The notes under the pieces are model-generated. The model was not told where the DNA came from. It made no database searches and saw only the letters and a program-made list of their open reading frames with translations. A DNA stretch of 64,000 bases, taken from Octopus vulgaris (Eukaryota). Where the stretch lies: the NCBI GenBank assembly GCA_951406725.2, contig OX597818.1, positions 682,001 to 746,000 of the forward strand. Direction: 5' to 3'. Shown here piece by piece: positions 56,600 to 64,000 of the stretch; positions within the stretch are counted from its first letter, which is position 1, and each line of letters starts with the position of its first letter. The position numbers were made by a program, and so were the translations under genes.

Positions 56600-59170
56600 T
56601 TCAATTACCTAATAGGCAAGTGCCTGTTTTTTGAGTTTTTTTTAAATCGTTACACAACTCAGAGTATGGAAGTTTGACCCAGTTTTGTTTAAATGGATCC
56701 ACATACTTTCGACCATACTTATTACTGTACTTTCTTGTTCTTGCTCATCCTGTTTCAAATTCACAACACTCATTATTATGCTGGATCGCTTCATGAATGG
56801 GACCAAACATCTTAAGTTCTTAAACGTTTGAACTAGTATTAATCACCTCAAATTGATGCTGTTAATATATATCTTTAGCATAAACAATAGCTTGACTGAT
56901 TAAATCTTGTCTAAAGGCACCCTTGCAATTATGGATTTCCATTTTGTAGGCAGTTGTAAATTCCCTACAACATAAATTACATTGAAGAGGATTTTCATCG
57001 TCTGATTCCATATCCAAATCATTAATATTTGATGCTACAGCAAGTCCAATACGATGCTTCTCTGGGATATTCCCCTCAACGCTATAAACAATACATTTTG
57101 TTAAGCTGCCTCTACCTTTCTCTACAACACCAGTATCTTCAACAGTGTCTGTATCAAATATTTCATTTTCATTGGAAGCACAATCTTCATCAGATTCGCT
57201 TTCACAATTTCCTTCATTTACGTTGTTCGTAGTGCCATTGATAAGGTTGTATGTTGCTGTCAGTGGTGAGTTCGAATTTTCATAAACTGAAGCAGAATTT
57301 CTTGTCAAATCAAACTGTACTTCCATATGATCTCCTATGTTTTGTAATTTTCCAATTATCTCCAAGTTTTCAAACTCTTCAACAGCAGGCCTCCACTGTA
57401 TTACTTCCACCGCCACTAGTATTTAAAGCATCAACTAATTCAACAGGAATTATAACATCTGAACCCATATTAGATGCCTCATAGCTGTAGCAAAATGAGC
57501 GTTGATACTGCCTTTACTATCTTGTACACCAGTGTGTACAAAAGTACAAAGTTTAAAATTGTATCTATCTGCAATTTTATATAATGTAAACAATAAGTTT
57601 CTCTTCTTATGAAATCTTGCGTTGTCAAATTGTACATTAAGATTTCGAATGTATGGAAATTTGGTCGATATTTGTCTACATGCTGCATCAAAACAGGACA
57701 TAACAGCCACATAGTCTTGCTTACTATCCCCAGTAGAAATGTGATTAAAGTGATACGATAATCCTTTAAATTTTCAGTATTACGCCGTTTTTCAGCGGTG
57801 TATCTTGTATACATCATGGTTCCATGCCATGATGACCCTTTCTTAGTGTAAAAATCTGTAGTTTTTTCCCTATAGTATATAGCTTCGAATTTCATTTTGA
57901 AATCCATAACAACCGTAGCATCTCATAAATGTAAATAAAAGATATAATTTTTCCATAGCATCATTCAATAGAATTTCATGTTCTGGGCTCACATGCCATT
58001 TAATGTATTGTATTACATGCTTGGGAAAGCAACAAACACCACATTGTTTCATTTCTGCTCCAGAGATGGATAAAAAAAACTCTTTATCCATGACACTACT
58101 TGTAGAAATGTGTCCCTCATAAGTTGTCTTAATGTAAGCTTCTAAACCATTAACAATAGCAGTCAAAGATTCTGATTTGGCGCTGGTAGCAACCACAGTC
58201 TTCAAATGTGCAAAATTATCATGCATTAATACTCCCGACACATAATCGACTGCTTGTTTAATTGTTTGATCCTTGGTAGTTAACGTTTTGACTATCTTCT
58301 GGAATGATGTAGAGCCTAATTGTTTATTTTGAGGTATGGTTTCTTTGTAATCAAATAGCATTATAGTTGTATCATTTTTCCTAATCAGCTTGGGCAGATT
58401 TGGCATACATTAGCATCCGACAAAACAAGCTCCACTGCAACTTCCATTTGATCATGATCGTATCATCTAATTGATCTATTGGAAGGTGTAAGCTGCTTTC
58501 TACTTGCCATATGTTTATACTTTCATCTTAATGAAGCTATTTTCTTCATACTAATACCAAAATGATCTTTCGAAACACTTGAAACTAAGGATACTGCTAA
58601 TGGAACCGTAACAGCATCAGTTTGTAAAACATTTCTCGGCAATGCATCTTATACTTTAATGATATGTTCTGCTAATTTTCCTTCATTGACAATACCTTCT
58701 CCTTTGTTTTTAGCAACCGCTTTCATAAGGCCTTCGGCATCATATGGACTAATGATAGAGCATACTTTTTCATTATGGTACTGGTTAGTTTCACAAGTCG
58801 CTTATTAGCTGCTTCATTAAAGTCTTCTATTCAGGTACTTTCACATTTAGTTTTTCCCAGTAATGATGACACTGATTTTAAACCAAATGCTTCATATAAT
58901 GCCCCTACTGTTGAAACAATTCATGACGGATTGCTAACTTCTGGTTCAGAATCCTCTTGTTCTGTATACACACTATGTTTTCTTGTAATCATATTTGTTT
59001 TACATGTGCCGACACCTCCCATAAGTCGTACTCTCTTTGTGGCATGTTTGTTTACATTTTCATTGCGTTTATAATCTCCACATGTACATTCACATTTGTA
59101 ACATCCTTGACAACTAATATATCTACCTTTTTGCAAGTACATGATAATTCTGACATAACTGCCGATTGGG
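56600..59170 (-). pseudogene. Degraded Sola3-like DDD transposase
   Basis: VVMDFKMKFEAIYYREKTTDFYTKKGSSWHG; KQDYVAV; NVQFDNARFH; FVHTGVQDSKGSINAHFA; CNLCCREF...HNC finger; G*ARTRKYSNKYGRKY. The superfamily assignment is from motif recall. Confidence 0.65.
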
Positions 59171-59187
59171 TGAAGCAAAATCAAAAT

Positions 59188-59975
59188 CTGTGTAATGTCA
59201 ATGTGCACACATGACAGTGTGTAAGCGCCCTGAGAGAAATGTTTGACATAAACATCAGATGTGGTGTGCAAGAGAGATAACTGCGCTGGTATGGTCATGT
59301 GCTATGTATGGATGAGGAGAGCTGTGTGAAGAAGTGTCACTCCCTAACAGTGGAAGGAACCCATGGAAGAGGGAGACCCAGAAAAACATGGGATGAGGTG
59401 GTGAAGCATAACCTTCGAACGGTGGGCCTCATAGAAGCAAAGATGAGAGACCAAGACCTCTGGAGATATGCTGTGATTGAGAAGACCCAGCAAGGAAAGT
59501 GAGATCACAGCTGTAGCCTACACCAGTGTTGCAGAACCAACCCATTTAAAAAGTATCTCTGAATCGTTGGGCAACATTCTGTGCTTGGAAAGACCTATTA
59601 AGTCAAGTAACTCAAAATCAAATCAAACCAAATGGAAATTGTAGTTGTGGCCATTATCAGTGCTGGTGGCATGCAATAAGCACCATTCATTCGTGGGTCG
59701 CTGCCAGAATTGCCTGACTGCTTCCCCGTGCCATTGGAACGTAAAAGCACCATCCGAACATGGTCGATACCAGTCCCCACCCCCGACTGGCTCCAGTGGC
59801 ATGAAAAAGCACCCACTACACTCTAAGAGTGGTTGGCATTAGTTAGGGCATCCATCTGTAGAAACATTGCCAGATCAGATTGGAACCTGGTGTGGCCTCC
59901 TGGCCTGCCAGTCCCCAGTCAAACCATCCAATCCATGCCAGCATGAAAAACAGATGTTAAATGAAGATGATGATC
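59188..59975 (+). mobile_element. RTE LINE 3' fragment
   Basis: MDEESCVKKCHSL...GRGRPRKTWDEVVK, then the 3'UTR and (ATG)n tail. Confidence 0.85.
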
Positions 59976-59992
59976 ATATATATATATATATA

Positions 59993-61568
59993 CTAGCAGT
60001 ATCGCCCGGCGTTGCTCGGGTTTGTTTCGACCCGCTGGAATTGTAATTTTGAAAAGTAAAAATTTTGTGAACATTTTTCTGGTCGAAATACACCGAAAAG
60101 TGGCGACACAGCAGTGAAAAAATCGTAAAAAATAGGGATTTTCATAGAAAAAAGCAGCTTTTTGATGTAAATAATTTTTGGTGTTAATATGGTCCGATTT
60201 GAATTTTATGTTATACGGAAGGAAGAGCAACCCTTCTTCTATCATACTCTCAATTTTGGTCAACTTGCGCTGCAGGGTCTCGGAGGAGATAGTGTTAGTT
60301 GAAGGTTACCAAACGTGGCGCACACAGACAACTTCAGCTTTATATAGAGATAACACACACACATTAATACACATACATAGACACACACACACACACATGT
60401 ATGTATGGATGTATATATGTACATCTGTCCACTTCTTGCAATATTTTTATCCTTCACTTCCTACACACACACCTTATTAGCTTACAATTTCTTTCTGTCA
60501 ACAATTGACAACAGAAGTACGCTCGCCAATTAATACTACCAAAATTTAACGACAGAAAGTAAATAAAAAACCAATTTACCTTTTCTGTATTGTTATGGCA
60601 ATTCGACCATCGGTGTGTTTTTGCAAATGTGTTCGAATGAGAAGTGAGTTGTGTTTGGCGCCTTTTTACTAATAACAAACACACACGTGTTTGTATGTAG
60701 TTGTTTGAAACGTTTGTGTTTGTCACTGTCATATATGTATGTGTATGCGTGTGTGTGAGGAATGGCAAACCAGATAGATAGCGCGCGAAGTTCTTTTGAA
60801 GTTCGCGCTCCGCTTGTGTGTGTGTGCGTGCTTTAGGTGTACGTAGGTATGTGTACTCTCTCTGTCTCTTTACACACACTAACAAAAGCACTTCACTTAC
60901 ACACCACACTTTCTGTGTTGCACACCCCATCAAACACACACACACACATGTACATCAATGCTTTCAGAGTGAAATGTTAAAATATTGAGTTTTCTCGAAT
61001 TTTGTCTTAATTGGGGGTGAAATTGAAAGAAATTTTGTATGTCATGACCGAATGGAAGTACTTTGAAAAATCATAGGTAAACTCTAATTGAAGAAATTGT
61101 GTGAGGAGTAAATCGTTATGTATTTATTTGTTTCTGTTTGCTGTGTTTTTTTTTTTTAGTAGTGGTTTAAGGTACACTTGCAAAGAGAAAGTGGGAAAAA
61201 TTAGGGTGATAGCATGAGTGATCCGTTTTATATAAATACTTTCACTTTAATCGTTGCATACTTGCAAAGAGAAAGGAGGAGAAATTAGGGTGATAGCGTG
61301 AGTGAAGCAGATCGCTCCGTTTGTGTGTGTGTGTGTGTGTGTGTGCTGTAGCCCACACTAAGAAAAGCACTTCACTTACACACCACAATGTGAGTTTTCT
61401 CTAAATTTTGCTTAATTGGGGTTGAAATTTTAAAAACCGGACCTGGCACGACCCGATTTATTCTACTCTTAAAAATGCTAGGTAAATTGTAATTGAAGAA
61501 ATCCTATATTGTAGATTTCTTTTAGAGACAAAGGGAGGCAGATAAAATCTGCCTTTTATAATAAGAGA
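59993..61568 (-). mobile_element. Compound non-autonomous Helitron: one 3' end, two 5' ends
   Basis: CTAG at 59993-59996 with hairpin cccggcgttgctcggg. 5' TC termini at 60350 (a|tctctatataaagctgaag) and 61568 (a|tctcttattatataaaagg). Confidence 0.75.
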
Positions 61569-62795
61569 TATATTGCAACTACCACTTGCAATATAATAAT
61601 GTACAAAAGTATGGAATCCCAAGAGTTAATCCAAGCTTTTCTTCTTCTACCTTTCCCCCTACATAAGGAATATAGTATTTGAAGTGTCAAGAAATATTAA
61701 GAATAGCTCTTACAGAATGAAATGGAAGTAAAATCCCTCGAGAAAACCAATCTGGCTTCCTTCAAAAAAATCACAGGCACATCTGTACAAGATCAAAATT
61801 ATCAGCTTGTATTTATAGAATTAGAAAATTGCAACAACAATCTCTTCCAAAGTTTCAACAGTGTAGAGTTATGGGGTTACAAAACTAGGATGTTACCATT
61901 TTAGGGGAGAGAGTAAAAGGATGTGTTTTAGGGTCATAAAGTAGATAAGAGATCTTTCCTTACAAAGATGACATAAACCAATCAATAAAATCAACTGACT
62001 AAAAATGAAAGGCTTTGATTGAATTTCTGGTAGGAGGAAGATTAGAGAGAGAGAGAGGGTAGGTGTTTTATCAAACTTTTGACATTAGCATAACCAACCA
62101 TATCAGACCCAAAGATTCTACCTATTTCTGTTCAGACTGGCCAGATCTAGCCTACCACACCTACTCTACAGTGTCACACAAAAAATAAACAAAGCACATC
62201 ATCAAAATCTCAAAGCTAAAAGGAAATATATAATCAATTCAAAACACTGTGAATCAATAAGTATTACCTTTCACAGTAATTTGAATGGTAAAAGGTTAAA
62301 TTATATTTAGCTTTTAGTGTGGTATTTTAATAATTTTTCATTGGTAGTTCACAAAATTAGATAAGATGCATGTGAAGACAGGAATGACCATACTAAATAT
62401 TTGAACATTTTTTATATTTTATTAACCTACATCATTTACGTTTACACGTGCATACTTTAATGGAACAACATTCATGAGATAAAGAACATAATAGGAATCT
62501 TTCATTATATAACATGCTAGATAATTTTATGGAAATAGTTAATGGTTACTGATAAAATAAGTAGAAAGTATTTCAAAAATATGTGTGATTCTACAGTTCA
62601 AGTCTTGTAAACTTTTGTCAGATCTAGTCTTTCTCATTTGCAAAATGAACCCCACTTAATTTTGTTCAGATTGCTTTCAATTTTGGTGTATCAATGCAAC
62701 TCTGAATTTTGATTACAATCAACCAATTACTTTATCTTGAAAATTAAAGAATCTGATGTTATTTGGAATAAATGTTGGGAAATTTGTGTAATTTT

Positions 62796-62843
62796 AGCCA
62801 ATCAACAGACAGCATGGCATTAGCAGCTTGTTACCATGGCAAC
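62796..62843. promoter_or_regulatory. Candidate CCAAT box plus RFX X-box
   Basis: agccaatca at 62796-62804. GTTACCATGGCAAC at 62830-62843 fits GTTNCCATGGNAAC. Confidence 0.45.
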
Positions 62844-63921
62844 CGCATGCTGTGTTGTGATTCAGTGTTGCCTATGTTGACTTTTCGAGATAGTTTTAAC
62901 CTGCGTGTTTTGCTTTAATTCTTCTGTGTGTTAGTATATTACATATTTTTCTGTTGTTCTGTGTGTTAGTATTTTTACATATTTTTCATTTCATATATTT
63001 TTGGGACTCAGTCATTCAAATAGTTGGATTTAGGATTTCACTAGGTTAATTCTATACATTTAAAAAAGATATCTAGATAAGTTATTTTAACAGCATACTT
63101 TTAATGGCCTCACTTGGTTGGTAGGGAGGGATTTAAATTTCAAATTTTTTTTTGTTGCTTAGATCCCAGCAATGTACCACATGTGTGTTACTTTTCTGCA
63201 TCATCATTCTGTAAAATGTTCTTATGGGAAGGAAGTTATTGAAAAACTCAAACGATTGCTCTTAATATAGTGGACTGAATGTATTACAAGTTTTGTACAT
63301 TTGAACGATCTGTTAATGTGTAAAGTGTGCAGTACAAGTAAACTATTTTAAAATACCCACCAATTATTTAAAACTTTAAAAAATTGGTATATCTATAATA
63401 TACTGCTATTTTAAAAATGTTACAAGGGCTTTATAAAAAAATGTAATGACAAGAGCAGGGAAAAAGAATAATAGAAAGAAGTAAAATTTTAAAAGTAGAA
63501 GAAATCAAAATCATGTAAATTTATCCTTTATTTTTAGATGGGCTGGTGGTGATAGAATTCTTGGTATATGTACATTTAATTAAAAACAACAAATGAACAA
63601 GCTGTTTGAAAGAAATCTCTTTTGTAAAGAGCACACAAACAAACAAATGATGTATATGTATGAAGATGTAGTATTGACTATCATGCCATGATTTTAAAAC
63701 ATAGCTATCTCTGACTGTAAAAAAAATCTTCATTAAAAATAATGAAATTGATTTATAAATTTATTGGTCTTTATTTTCATTTTGTTTAAAAAATTTCAAA
63801 ATAACAGGATACTACATATTCACCAAAATATTAAAAAATTCATTCTGAATTTGCAGTTGGTATTACTATAAACTATCAGTAATGTGAACAGTACATGTAC
63901 AATGTAATTATTGAAAAATAT

Positions 63922-64000
63922 CCGGTGGCACGTAAAAAGCACCATCCGTTCGTGTCCGTTGCCAGCCTCGCCTGGCCCTCGTGCCGGTGGCACATAAAAA
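63922..64000 (+). mobile_element. Start of RTE 3'UTR fragment (runs off window)
   Basis: ccggtggcacgtaaaaagcacc units. Confidence 0.8.

Noticed and set aside
63922-64000. Pistol ribozyme resemblance of CGUGC...GCACG-UAAAAAG
   Set aside because: Only the P1 and A-rich linker are similar. The P2/P3 helices and cleavage-site residues are not evident.

Overview
AT-rich eukaryotic genomic DNA with one 100-N gap (35198-35297). The repeat families resemble those of an octopus-type cephalopod (inference). No host protein-coding exon could be called. The window is mostly transposable elements and (TA)n/(CATA)n microsatellites: RTE LINEs, two kinds of CR1-group LINE (one with a long open ORF), tRNA-derived SINEs, a hAT element with TIRs and an 8-bp TSD, piggyBac derivatives, Helitron derivatives, a degraded Sola3-like transposase and several Penelope-like element (PLE) remnants. 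The most interesting signal is a set of minimal type I hammerhead-ribozyme motifs in the PLE remnants. Their cores show all four Watson-Crick versions of the 3-8 pair: CUGAAGA, UUGACAA, AUGAAUA and GUGA(A/U)CA. Other signals are a tandem pseudoknot-like array in the RTE 3'UTR, TA-centred fold-back palindromes at insertion junctions, SINEs with swapped LINE tails, and a perfect RFX X-box next to a CCAAT box. All calls come from manual reading. No search or folding program was run.
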